Positions 16,267 through 29,192 of a stretch of 64,000 nucleotides of DNA are shown piece after piece. Position numbers and translations under genes: made by a program. Origin of the DNA: the human T2T-CHM13v2.0 reference genome, Homo sapiens; assembly GCF_009914755.1 (NCBI RefSeq), contig NC_060938.1. The stretch is one strand, 5' to 3'. Position 1 is the stretch's first letter. The number at the start of each line of letters is the position of its first letter. The notes below the pieces were generated by a model. That model saw only the letters and a list, made by a program, of their open reading frames with translations. It searched no databases and was not told the DNA's origin.

Positions 16267-18439
16267 CCCACACTCTATTCTGAATGCATGTATGGGCACA
16301 TGTGCATGCCTGTCCCCTTTCACTCAGTGATAAGGAAGAAGGGGAACCAGAAATTTCTGTTTGAGAAATTAGTAACAGAAATGGGTGTGGGGAGCTGGTT
16401 ACCTGGGAGATCCTTGTTCATTTGTAACATCAGGAACTGCTTCTTTTCCTCCTTCTCTCTTCTAGAAGACTGTCAAGGAGCCCGAGTGAGGGAAGCAGAC
16501 CAACCATGGTCTTGGAGAAAAGAAAATAGGGTTTCCATCCCTTCTGGAGGGAGAAGGAATAGCAGAGATGAACATGAATGAAGAAGGAAACAAATGGAAA
16601 TAAACAAAATGAAGGTAAATACCCTATATGTTAAAAGAAAAAAATACCCTATATGTTAAAAAAAAAAAGAAAAGAGAAGGAAGAGACACAAGGAAAGAAA
16701 GAGAGAAGCAAAGAGGTTAGGAATAGGGTAAGAGAAAAGGAAAAACAGCAACCAGCAGAGGAATCACTCCCCTGTTAAGGTTAACCAGGAGGAGAGGCTT
16801 ATATAAGGCATGAATGTGAGTGGGTATGAGAGTCCAGCTTTCCCACTGCACTTGCTCTGGTTATGGAGCAGACTGCCATCTTCTGGTGCCATTTACTATT
16901 CAAGTTGCTTTGGTGTTTTTTTGTTTTTGTTTTTTTTTTTTTTTTTTTTTTTTACAACTAAGTGGATTGATTGAAATGCTTTGATTCTTCATTTGAAATG
17001 TTTCTATTCCATATACCCATTATCTTTTATCCTCACAAAAGCCCTTAACATTGTTTCCTTTAATCTTTGGGGTTCTTAAGCATCATTTCCACCAACAGAG
17101 ATGTACCTACCCACAGTTGTCTCAGAGCATGGAGGCTGAAAGTCTGTGAGGGCAAGAGTGAAATGGAGCAGAGGATAGGCTGTGGTTTGGAAGCGGCTCT
17201 GGAATACGCTGGGGGTGGCGGTGGGGCTGAAGGTTGGTTATGGGATGCTTCCTGGGCTCCGGAACATCTGTGCCAAAAACTGGAGGACCCATCCTCGGCT
17301 CCAGCCAGACGCTTGGGGTGCTATGTATTCTGAACCATAGCACTAGGTTGGAAAATTTGGCTCCTAATCTATACTCTGCCATGTACAGATCACAAAATAT
17401 CATACAAGGAGCCTTAAAAGGTCATCTAACCTAAATCCAGTTTCCCAAGGAGAACACTGGGGCACAAAGAAGTGAGAGGTAACTCGCCCAAAGTTATATA
17501 GCTAGTCAGGGACTTCCTCTTCGGAGACAAAGGAAATCAGAATAGTGATTCTTCTGATTCACCGTCCCTCGACAAACAGTCCACAAAGTGCTTGGAGGTT
17601 ATTAAAAGGCACCCCAGAAAAGTAAGGCTGGCATTTTCCTGGAAGCCCCTGAGTGTACAACCCCTGAGGCTCAGTATTTGGCTATAAAAACAGGTCTGGA
17701 GTTGCTTTGGCCTCCGTTTTAATCCCTAAAGCTGCCTGGAGGCTGGAGCTCTGATAGCTACCTGTCATCACTCCCCAGCCAGTCCGCGGACACCGCAGCC
17801 AGGAACTGTCAGAGGTGACAAGGGAATCCCGTCATAATGCCAAGGACCAAGGAGCAGTGGCCAGGTTCCTGGGATTAAGCAAGGCAATTATGGCTGAGTT
17901 AAAGCTAGGATGGGTAGGACAGGGGGATCTGAGGTGGAAAAGGCCGGTAAGAAGAGGGAATGCGCCAGCAATGTAAATGCCTTCGACTGGGTGGGCTACT
18001 TCACATCATACCTCCTCCATCTCCAAAAGGTTCTTAACCTTCTTCAACCGCCTAGGCCTGATGGACCTCCTCCCTTTCTCCCAGAGCCCACTCACTGAAG
18101 GGAAGGCCACCATCATCCCCATTCTTTTCCTTTTTTTATAATCCCTCCGGTGCCGTTTCGGGTCTCCTTCCTCCTATATTCTGAGTTCCTTCCACTCACA
18201 TCCAACCAGCTTTTAACACCCGGATCTCCCGGAGCTTCTTTGGTTCCGCTCACTCCCCCCGCCCCCACGCCCCCACGCCCCCACGCCCCTGATTTCCCCA
18301 CCCTTTTCGCCCTCCCCGGCTTGACTCCCTTGGACCGCTCCCGCCAATCCTGGTCTCTCCTACTCCTCCCCGCCACATCGGGTCGCCCCGCCCCCGGGTG
18401 CCTTTGGTGTTTTCCGCCGTCGGCCGCAGGCGCCTCGTC

Positions 18440-18862
18440 TCAGATAAAGTGGATCCAGCCCTGCGGCTCCGGAGCTCCGCCACTGCCCGGGTGCTCGGGC
18501 CCACGTAGAGCATAGTCACGGCCGCCGTTGTTGTCCCAGAACTCGTGACCTGTCACACGGTAGCGCAAGGCGAAGAGCAGGGCGCCCCCAATCGGCGGCG
18601 CGGGCAGGCGGAAGGCGAAGCGGTCGGCGCGCGGCGGGGGCGGGGCCGGACCGGCGTAGGCGGCTGGCGCCTCGCGTTGGCTCCGCCAGCCGTCGGCGCT
18701 CCAGCGCACGCTCACGCGCTTCTCGTAGGCCAGGTCCACCACGCGCGCGCTCCCGGCCACGCCCAGCGGGCCCGCCTCGGCGCGTTCCAGGCAGATGCGC
18801 TGCGTCAGCAAGCGGGCGGCGAAGCCGGGCTCGCTGGCCGGCTCCAGGGCGGCGCGCGCCTC
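18440..18862 (-). CDS. PPP1R3E: PPP1R3E coding exon 2 (CBM21 glycogen-binding domain, stop codon)
   Basis: Acceptor TTCTTTCCCCCAG|GAG at 18863/18862; EARAALEPASEPGFAARLLTQRICLE...VDLAYEKRVSVRWSADGW...EFWDNNGGRDY...GWIHFI*; 140 aa. Confidence 0.93.
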   Translation of the reverse strand, partial: EARAALEPASEPGFAARLLTQRICLERAEAGPLGVAGSARVVDLAYEKRVSVRWSADGWRSQREAPAAYAGPAPPPPRADRFAFRLPAPPIGGALLFALRYRVTGHEFWDNNGGRDYALRGPEHPGSGGAPEPQGWIHFI

Positions 18863-19163
18863 CTGGGGGAAAGAAGAAGCGGGAGGAGGGAGCCCAGGGC
18901 GGAGAGAGGGGAGAGACAGGGGGCGGTGTCAGAGCAAGGCACTGGACCAATCAGAGGCCGACCCCGGCGTCCAGGCCGGCAGAGTGCGGCCCAGCTGCCA
19001 GGGTGGCCTAGAGCCACTCGCAGATGGGGTCCCCAAAAGGGATGGGCAGGCGCAAGCCCAGGGATGGGATGGAGATGGGTGCTCTTTGGCAAATCCACTC
19101 CCACAAGCCCGCTGCGGCCGACTGGAGGAGGTCCCCAGGAGGGGAGGTGCCCCCGCCGCCTAC

Positions 19164-19580
19164 CTGGAGGCCGCGGGCGCGGGGCTGGCAGGGCGCGAAG
19201 TGGCGGAGGGCGTCCCTCTGCAATTGGATCTGCACGTGGCGGGGCACCCGGGGCAGCTCACCGGGACGGAAGCGGCGCACGACAGCCAGCTCCAACCCCA
19301 GTGCGTCGGCGAAACGCACTCTCTTGCGGGTGTCTGGGCTACGGCTGCGGGGCGCCCGGGCCCCGCCGCCTCCGGCTGGTGCAGATCGGGCCCGGCGGCC
19401 CCGACTCGGTGCGTGAGCGCGGGATCGGGCCCCGAACCGCGTCCCGCCCTCGCCTGGCTCCTCCTCCGGCTCCTCCTCGAGGCTGGGCCGCTGGCTACGG
19501 TAGTAGGCGCGCTCCGTTAGCGCGGCGATGAAGCTCAGGTTGCGGGGAATGTCGGTGCCCGGGGGCCGCTCACGGGACAT
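19164..19580 (-). CDS. PPP1R3E: PPP1R3E coding exon 1 (PP1 glycogen-targeting subunit 3E, RVxF motif)
   Basis: ATG at 19580, MSRERPPGTDIPRNLSFIAALTERAYY...KRVRFADALGLEL...RGLQ; phase-0 donor CAG|GTAGG at 19164; 139+140 = 279 aa. Confidence 0.93.
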
Positions 19581-20021
19581 GGCAGCCCCTTCCCCGGCGG
19601 GGCCAGCTCGCAGCGCCACCGCGCTCCCCTCTCTTCCTCTCTCCCGCCCGCCCCGCGTCAGCGCAGAAGTCGCTGGGTCCGCTTCTGCAGCCCCTCGCTG
19701 CTGTGTATTCTCCTTGCAGACACCTCCAGGATCCTCCACCTCCCGTTGCTTTGCCTCTCCTCTGTGACCACCCTTCCCTCCCTCTGGCCGTCAGCTTCCA
19801 GGGTCTTAGACTATCACATCCTGCCTCCTGCTAGCGGTCTGCTCTGAGCGTGCGCTCAACTGCACTCACCCTCCGGTTCCAAGGCCCTCACGGCCCGGGC
19901 GCCCCCGCCCACAGCCCTCTGACAGGTGGCTCCGCTTGTCTTCGCTGCTGCACCAGGGGGCGGGGACTCCACCTTTGCGGTCCCGAGTGAAGCTACTCAA
20001 CCTTTTAAAAAAAACATCCAC

Positions 20022-20162
20022 GGACGGGACGCGATGGCTCACGCCTCAAATCCCAGCACTTTGGGAGGCCGAGGTGGGAGGATCGCTTGAAGCCTGGAGT
20101 TCAAGACCAGCCTGGGCGTCATAGTGAGACCCCTAATCTCTACAATAATAATAATAATAAAA
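20022..20162 (+). mobile_element. Alu left monomer (FLAM-like)
   Basis: CCCAGCACTTTGGGAGGCCGAGG...CTGGGCGTCATAGTGAGACC, (AAT)n tail. Confidence 0.78.
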
Positions 20163-20418
20163 TGTAAAAAGTCCTCAACTTTTCCGGCACAGCACAGGAA
20201 AGGTTAACGCCGGGAAGAAAAAATAACCTTTCATTTTCTTGCAGGGGAAGGTTCAAAACGCCCAGCATGTGACTTTATCTTTGGGGTTCACTGTTTTCTT
20301 TTCTGAAACCTAGGCTCCTGGTTTGGGCAGGGGGTGGTGGTGCGTGCAAAGAAGGAAAGGTCATGAAAGCTAGGTAGAGTCTTTCAAATAGAAGGTGAGA
20401 ATATGGCACCCGAACTGA

Positions 20419-20805
<387 letters not shown>

Positions 20806-21793
20806 CTGAACTCAGAGCCATACTCTGAACTCAGTGTTCTTATCTGTAAAAAAGTGGTGGAGTTCTGATTTCTAATCCAAGTGTAAGCCCTTTGAGGGCA
20901 GGGGCTTTGTCTGATTCATGGTGAGTTTTAGTATATGGTAGGCACTCAAATTATTGAATGAACAAGCACCCAACAACTCTCTTGGAGTTGGGACTGTGGA
21001 ATTATAGGTCCAGTGGGAGCTTCCAAGAAGGGCAGAGCTGGCTTTTTCCCCTTTCATTTTTTTTTTTTAACATTAGTGAAAAAAAAAAGTGAAGTTGTTT
21101 TTAGTTTTTTTCTAACTTTCCTACTGATCTAATATAGCACTTACAATGTGCTAGGTACTGTTGTAAGGGTTTTACAAATACTAACCCATGTAATACAACC
21201 ATCAGAGGAATAGAGACTATTATGTCTAGTTTAAAGATGAGAGAATTGAGGGAGAGAGGGGAGAGGACTCTTACCCAGGGTCACATAGTTAATAATTGGG
21301 GAGGTGGGATTAGGACCTAAACAGTTTAGCTCTAGAGTCCACGCTCTTACCCGCTTGGTTATATAAGATTAAAACATTTAACAATAATAGTTAACATCCT
21401 CAGAGTGTTAAAAGAGGGAATATTAGAGTAGAAATGAAGTCTCTAAATTTAAAGCAGCAGGATAGTTTAACTGTAAAACCACAAGTGACTAAGTTGAAAA
21501 TAAACCATGAGACACATGTTATCTTATTATTATACAATTCATTCCTGTTTACATGCATTCGCACTAGTATTGACTGTAGCAATACTAGTTAGCTAGGACT
21601 CATTTTTAAAGCAATATTGACTTTTTAAATTTTACACGTATATAGAATGCATGGATGTATTCTCTTCGTATCATTATATGTGATACAATATATACAATGT
21701 ATATATTGTATATGCATATACAATATAATATATATAATGCATATAAATTAATGTCTAATAAATCATACATTAATTTATGTTACAATCAAGCTG

Positions 21794-22816
<1,023 letters not shown>

Positions 22817-23799
22817 TGACCATAAGGGAAGATGGTAATACAGAGGCTTGGATTGGAGGTAGAAGCAAAGGGAGCTAGCAGAATAGGAGAATTAGGTTGC
22901 CTCTTTCTGGCCTTTGGTTGGGGCACTCTTTAAAAAAGTGCCAGATCCAAGAGCCCAGGGGGCTGGCTGTGAGTGCCCTCATGTGGATCAGCTATGGTCA
23001 GACTGCTTCACGCCTGTGACCTGCCCTGTATAAATATACTGCCATGTATAAATAATGGCCCCATATATATGTAATCTGGAAGGATAAACATCAAGCTTAA
23101 CACTGGCAACCTGCAGGGAGGGAAGTGGAATTGGGTGTGTATGTGTGTGTGTGTTTGAGAACCTGTATTTTATTACTCCGCACGTCTTTATTGTTTGATT
23201 TTTTTCATAATGAGAATGAGTTTGTGTGTTGGGTAAAAAAAAGAAAAAGAAAAAAACCCCACTAAAATCAATCTAATTACAAAAGAAGATGAATTAAAGA
23301 AAAGTACTGAGAGAAACTGCTTGTGATCCAAGTCCTGGCTCCTTAATGCCTGGCTGAAGCCCAGCCCACAAAGAGAACACTGGGTTAAAGGTCCTGGAGA
23401 AAAGATGGGAAAGGTTTGGTGTCTATGTGGTGTCTGCTAGCCCCATAAGGGTAAGGCACCTGGTAGACGGTTCCCAGCTTAATGGGAACTGCTCCTGTTT
23501 TCCAGGCACACAGTTCAGGGCTGGAAAAGTTCAACAAGTGCATGGAACATCGGAAACCTCCTGAAAATGCTAAATTTGCCCCGAGATGTCCCGAAGTCCG
23601 GCATATTTCTCTGGGCAGCCTAGAGGCTCAGGAGCCCAGCCCAGCCCAGCCCACCGTGCCCTCTCAGCCAGCCCTTCTTTGCCTTCAGCAGCCCTCCCTC
23701 TTCCTGAGTAGTGGCCCTTTGCAGGCCTGCGTCCCAGCCCCGCCCCTCTCTCTGGACGCATCTCTGGGCCCCATCATCACCCGGCGCCGGGCCCTCCCT

Positions 23800-23908
23800 C
23801 TGCCCCCCCCTTTCTCCTCCCTCCTTCCTTCCCTCCCTTCCTCCCTCTCTCCCTCCCTCCCAGCTCCTGCACCAGGAAACGGCCCGGATCCCGGCAGCGG
23901 CCTGACCC
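23800..23908 (+). other. BCL2L2: BCL2L2 non-coding exon 1 (5' end approximate)
   Basis: GC-rich promoter, polypyrimidine leader, donor CC|GTGAGA at 23908/23909. Confidence 0.6.
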
Positions 23909-24205
23909 GTGAGATCCCTAACCTGGCAGGCGGGCGGGGTTGGAGACTGGCTGAGGTGGGGGTAAGGGAGGAGCTGGGCCTTTGGGCTGCACTAGGGGGA
24001 ACCGGGAATAGAGATGGTGTCGGCAGGAAGCCCTTGGCCTTGGGTTTCCCGGGAGGACAGTCATTAAACATGGATTCGGCCACACAGCTGGTAGAGCGTT
24101 GGGGGCAGGGGCCTAGGCCCAGAGCTGCAACCCTAGCCCTTCCCAGGCCAGAACCTGATCCCTGGCCTTCCCCTCCTGGTTCTGATCTCCCCCTCCCCTT
24201 TCCAG

Positions 24206-24293
24206 GGCTCCACGCTGGCCAGGAGGATGAAAGGCCCCAGCTGGGGGCTCCTTGCCACCAGTGCTGTGTCTTAAGAGCTGCCATCCCGGCTGG
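24206..24293 (+). other. BCL2L2: BCL2L2 non-coding exon 2 (contains a uORF)
   Basis: Acceptor CCCCTTTCCAG|G, donor TGG|GTGAGT. Confidence 0.72.
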
Positions 24294-24781
24294 GTGAGTG
24301 TCTCCTTCCTTTCTCTGTCTGGAGTAACCCATTGCGTCTCCCACCTTTCTCTTCAGCCCATCTGCTCCCCCTCATCTTGTGTCTCTGCCAACATCTTTAC
24401 ATCTTGCATTTGGGGAGGTCCTAAGACCCTTCCTCTAGCCAAGAAGGTGTGGACTAAGGAGACCCGGGGGTGGGGGTGTTGTAGGGGTGTCATTGAGCTG
24501 ACGTTGTCTTATTGTGAAAAGAATCTAAAGTATCCTAAACAGAAAATTTACTTGTTTTACATTTAATTTGGCATATTAGGAATGTAATGGCCAGCCACTC
24601 ACAGCCTAGTCTCATATCATGACTTAATTCCCTTGTTCTTGCCTCTCCCTGTCCAGTGAGTCCTGAGCATTTCCTCTCTCCTCCTCATCTCACTGGGTTG
24701 GTCAAACCAGAAGTGCTCCTTCTGATTCTCTCTTCATATATTCATGCCAGTCTTTCATCCTTGCCTCTTATAGCCGCCCGG

Positions 24782-25213
24782 ATGGCGACCCCAGCCTCGG
24801 CCCCAGACACACGGGCTCTGGTGGCAGACTTTGTAGGTTATAAGCTGAGGCAGAAGGGTTATGTCTGTGGAGCTGGCCCCGGGGAGGGCCCAGCAGCTGA
24901 CCCGCTGCACCAAGCCATGCGGGCAGCTGGAGATGAGTTCGAGACCCGCTTCCGGCGCACCTTCTCTGATCTGGCGGCTCAGCTGCATGTGACCCCAGGC
25001 TCAGCCCAACAACGCTTCACCCAGGTCTCCGATGAACTTTTTCAAGGGGGCCCCAACTGGGGCCGCCTTGTAGCCTTCTTTGTCTTTGGGGCTGCACTGT
25101 GTGCTGAGAGTGTCAACAAGGAGATGGAACCACTGGTGGGACAAGTGCAGGAGTGGATGGTGGCCTACCTGGAGACGCGGCTGGCTGACTGGATCCACAG
25201 CAGTGGGGGCTGG
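24782..25213 (+). CDS. BCL2L2: BCL2L2 (BCL-w) coding exon 1, aa 1-144 (BH4, BH3, BH1, start of BH2)
   Basis: Acceptor CTCTTATAG| at 24773; MATPASAPDTRALVADFVGYKL...NWGRLVAFF...WIHSSGGW; phase-0 donor TGG|GTAAGA. Confidence 0.97.
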
Positions 25214-25829
25214 GTAAGAAGCTTCTCAATTGCCGCTCTGCACATCCTTCTGCAAAGCTGGTCTCCAGGGGGAAGATGGGGGCTCTGATTGGAGGCTGAG
25301 GCAGCTATGTTGGGAATGAGGTACGGGGCTGAGTCTCCCCGTCTGGATGGAATTAGATTGAGAGATGCCTGGACTCTGCACTCCAGGGCTGCCATGCAGT
25401 CAACACTGGATGGGCTCATGGTCCCAAGCAGAGGACAGAATACACACCCAAGGAGTGCCTGCAGGGGAATGTTGTCAGGGACTTTTTACATCTGAGTCAT
25501 GGCGTGGGAGGTGGGGAGGACCAGGGATGGGTGGTGGTCAGGCAAGCCTTGGCAAAGGATGCTAGTTCTGAGCAGAATTTTTCGCCAAGGAAAGGATGGA
25601 ATTCACTGGAGGCAGAGTGGGCAGATGAACCAGTCTCTCAGGGTGGGGGTGCACCTGGGGGGATCAGAGGGGCTTGCAGGGAGAAGAGCTTTGGCCAGAG
25701 AGGAGCTGGGTATGGGGTAGTGCTCGCAGTGGATGGAACTGGAACTCTTCCTCTCCTCTTCTCTCCACTCTTTCCTCTCCTGATATCCCTTTCTCCTTCT
25801 TTCTCTCCTGCTTCCCTTCTCTCCCACAG

Positions 25830-25979
25830 GCGGAGTTCACAGCTCTATACGGGGACGGGGCCCTGGAGGAGGCGCGGCGTCTGCGGGAGGGGAACTGGGC
25901 ATCAGTGAGGACAGTGCTGACGGGGGCCGTGGCACTGGGGGCCCTGGTAACTGTAGGGGCCTTTTTTGCTAGCAAGTGA
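25830..25979 (+). CDS. BCL2L2: BCL2L2 coding exon 2, aa 145-193 (C-terminal membrane anchor)
   Basis: Long polypyrimidine acceptor CCCACAG|GCG; AEFTALYGDGALEEARRLREGNWASVRTVLTGAVALGALVTVGAFFASK*. Confidence 0.97.
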   Translation, partial: AEFTALYGDGALEEARRLREGNWASVRTVLTGAVALGALVTVGAFFASK

Positions 25980-28735
25980 AAGTCCAGGGCCAGGTGGGGC
26001 TAGGTGTGGCTGGGGGCCAGGAGAGCAGGAACAGAACAGAGAAATGCCCTTGGAAGAAGTGGAGTTGGTGGATGGGTGGGCATGGAACAGGATGGGCAGA
26101 GAAAGGGTAGTGTGTGAGGGAGCTGAGTAGGCCAGGTAGGCGATTGGAAGAGTGAGCAGGACACAGAGGGGAGGGGAATGTTTTGGCAAGTTTAGGGGCA
26201 CAGGAGATGTAGTCGTTCCAGGGCTGGGGGAGGTGGGAGGGATCACGCCTATAGGTGTGGGCACATGAAACGACCTGGAACTTGCTTCACAGCCCTGAGG
26301 AAGGTGGACTTACATAAGCAGCTGTATTCCATTAGATGAGTGGGATTTAGGGAACGCAGAAGGCACATCCCTTTGGAATGGAAGCTTAGGGGTTCTCAGG
26401 TGATAGGGAGAGGTGGCTGTTAACAGTGGGCTGCTTGGACACGCGTGTGCATGTGCACGCATGCTGGTGTGCATGCTGGGCTGCCTGGCAAATCTGGTGG
26501 TGGTGGGATTCCTCAAGGAGAAAACATTCCCTCTTGCAATGGCAAGAACTAGGGGCAGTTCTCTGTCCCTCCTCCCAACCCCTCCTTTCCCCTGCCCTTG
26601 TCCTGATGCCTCAAGGCTTAGAGAGAAACATTGTATCCAGACCGAGGGCTCTGCTGCTTCTTTCCAGAAAGTGATTGGCAAGGCTTTGGAGAGAAGAGCA
26701 GTTCTGCAGCTGGCCTTGTTCCTTCATCATCCCCCTTCCTTGTGCATTATGCACTTGCTGCTGCCTCCTGGGCTCTGATAGAAGGGCAGGGCTGTTGAGC
26801 CTGGATGGGTGGAGGCTTAGGTAGCCGGACCTGCCTGCCACCCTCCTCTCCCACTCAGGCACAATGGTGCCTAAAGTGTTTCCAATCTCTGGGACCTCTG
26901 TACCCAAACTGAAACTCTAAATTGGGGCCCTAACTAATTTTCCTTTTGAGGTTGTGGGCATAAGTGCTGATCTAGAATACAGTCTGGGTCCCACACTGTG
27001 TCTCAGTGAGACTGTTGATGCCTTGAGATGACCATTTCAGATCTGAATCCCATGGGTGTGAGGGTGATGGGTACTCCAGGACTGGCCTATGCTGTGTTGT
27101 GGGCTTTGGTTCGGCTTTATCAGGGGCCAGGCATATGGGTTCTAGAGTACCTACCATGACCTAGAAGCATTTATGATTTATTTGAAGCCACACTGTTTGC
27201 ATGGGTGTTACTTGTCTGTACCTCAGAGTCTGAGGATGTTAACTTTGGAACTCGCAGTCCTCTAGAACAGCTTCAGATTATGGCTTTTTCTTTTGAGGAA
27301 GAAATTATTCACTCCAGATGCATGCCCTGAGCCAGACCTCACTGCTGCACTTTCCAAGGTGCTAAGATTGCTGCTCTCCAATGCTAACTTTCTGACACAG
27401 TGCTCTAGAACCCTGCCTGTGGTCCTGAGCACTGATCAGCTTAGCTAGACCATGGTTGACTCTTCTTGGAGATTTTCACTTGGTCCTAGAATGTGGCAAC
27501 GTAGTTGTGCTCGCCAGAACGTGGGACCAAATTGGCCTCAGGTGTTGAGTCCAGACTTCTGCTTTTGAGAGAGGGCTGCACTTTTTCATGGTATTTCTAG
27601 GGGAGGTGGTAGGCTGCATGTGCCACTTGGTCTTGTTGTGAGTATGCTGACACCAGAAACTCAGAGCCAGCTTGTGGCAAGCAGTTGGGGTGGGGGGTCT
27701 CTGACTTGCTCAGGACAAACTAGGCCAGTGGTTTTCAAACTGCTTGGCAGAGCCCTGAAGTTTCCTAGGGGTTGCCTCAGGAGTCCTTGGGGAGATGAAG
27801 GGGGTGGGGAGCTGAGCAGGCTGGGCAATTTGCCCTCAAACAGAACAGCTCCCCTTGTAGCTGTCTTACATATTGGGGTTCAGGGTAAGATTTTATTTGC
27901 ATTAAGGGGTTTGCTGCTGAAAAAAAGTTGGAAAACCACTGACTAGACCATCGGCTCCAAATTGGAGTCTGTGCTTCCTTCCCCAGGTATGGAGCACACT
28001 CTTCACCCTACCCTCTACCACAGGACACATATCCCTGTTAGCATTCCCCGGGACCTTTAGCCAAGAGGAGCTGCAGGGACCATGGCCAGGTTACCAAAAT
28101 GCCCTGCTCTGAAGCCTTGACACCTGGGTGGAAAGAGAGGCTGTTTTCTGAAAGGGTAAAGGGCTTGGTCTGGATTCCCAGAAGCATAGCTTAGATGGGA
28201 CCACAGTGGGCAATTTTGACCTGTCCTGCCCTTCTTAGCTTGAAGGGAAACCCCAGAGACTCTTCTGTCAGGGAAAACTAGGGACTCTCTTCTAGAGCCA
28301 TATAGTTCCTTGGGATTAGCTCTTGGCCAAGAAGGCTGAGTATGGTTCCCAATTTTTAAATCCATTTCATTTTTTAAAAAATAAGGGAAATAAATGTAAT
28401 TGCCATTTTTCAAAGATTAAGTAGGAGGAGAGGGGTTTCTTGCTCTCCAGAGCCCAAAGGGACAAATAGGGACTTTGTTTAGGCCAAGGAAGGAGCGGAA
28501 GTAGGGCAACTCGGTCCTGCGATTATTAATCCCACTCCCCACTTATTCTAGGGCACACAAACACTATTTTACTTTTTTAAAATCATAAAACGGCAGAACA
28601 GATTTGGTTAGTTTAGAAGAAAAGAAAGCTCTATAAATATAAATCTATATTCCTGTATTTTTATTTAATAATTTATAAATACCAAGTTCATTTGACTTTT
28701 ATTTTTGTGTAATATGTAATGATCGTATTAAAAAC

Positions 28736-28745
28736 AATAAATAAA
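28736..28745 (+). terminator. BCL2L2 poly(A) signal (overlapping AATAAATAAA)
   Basis: Ends a ~2.8 kb Alu-free 3'UTR with an AU-rich upstream region and a GT-rich downstream element (GGGTTTGTG). Confidence 0.8.
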
Positions 28746-29192
28746 GCCCAGAAGTTTAATGAGAAGGACTGAACAGGGTTTGTGACTTCTACACTGTATA
28801 GCCTGGGGTCAGGACATTTCCTTGATCCAATCATCTCTTCATGACCTTGTTAAAGGCAAGAATTAGAATAACAGGGATTTGAGAAAGTGTTGGGATCATT
28901 AAGAAAAAAAGAGTCTTTCCCCCATCCTCACCCCACTCCTATACCAGCCAAATGGTCAAAGCCAAGAATTCCTTCTATTTCAACCTGAGCCTTGGGAGGG
29001 TGTGTGTATATGGTACTCTGGGACTGCCACTAACAATAACCAAATGAGAAACAAAGAAAACCTACCAAAAATCTTTGTGTGATAGTAATCAAGCCCCCAG
29101 TTGTGGTTCAGGCTCTAATCAGAAGTGTGTGATAATAATGAACATTTCTCCATGGTGCCTTCCTGCCTACCTCAGACTTAAAAATAGGTCTG

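Larger units (their letters stand above)
18250..20000. promoter_or_regulatory. CpG island spanning the PPP1R3E coding exons and promoter
   Basis: Very high CpG/GC content; CTCF-like CACCAGGGGGCGG at 19951-19963. Confidence 0.75.

Noticed and set aside
16617-16665. Short duplication AAATACCCTATATGTTAAAA x2
   Set aside because: Simple slippage next to A runs with no sign of function
18545-19531. 328-aa and 241-aa plus-strand ORFs
   Set aside because: Antisense shadows of the GC-rich PPP1R3E exons
23482-24344. 271-aa and 219-aa ORFs at the BCL2L2 promoter
   Set aside because: Run across the TSS and intron 1, are low complexity and show no homology I recognise
24656-25288. 210-aa ORF as an extended BCL-w
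   Set aside because: The extra N- and C-terminal residues are intronic read-through beyond clear splice sites
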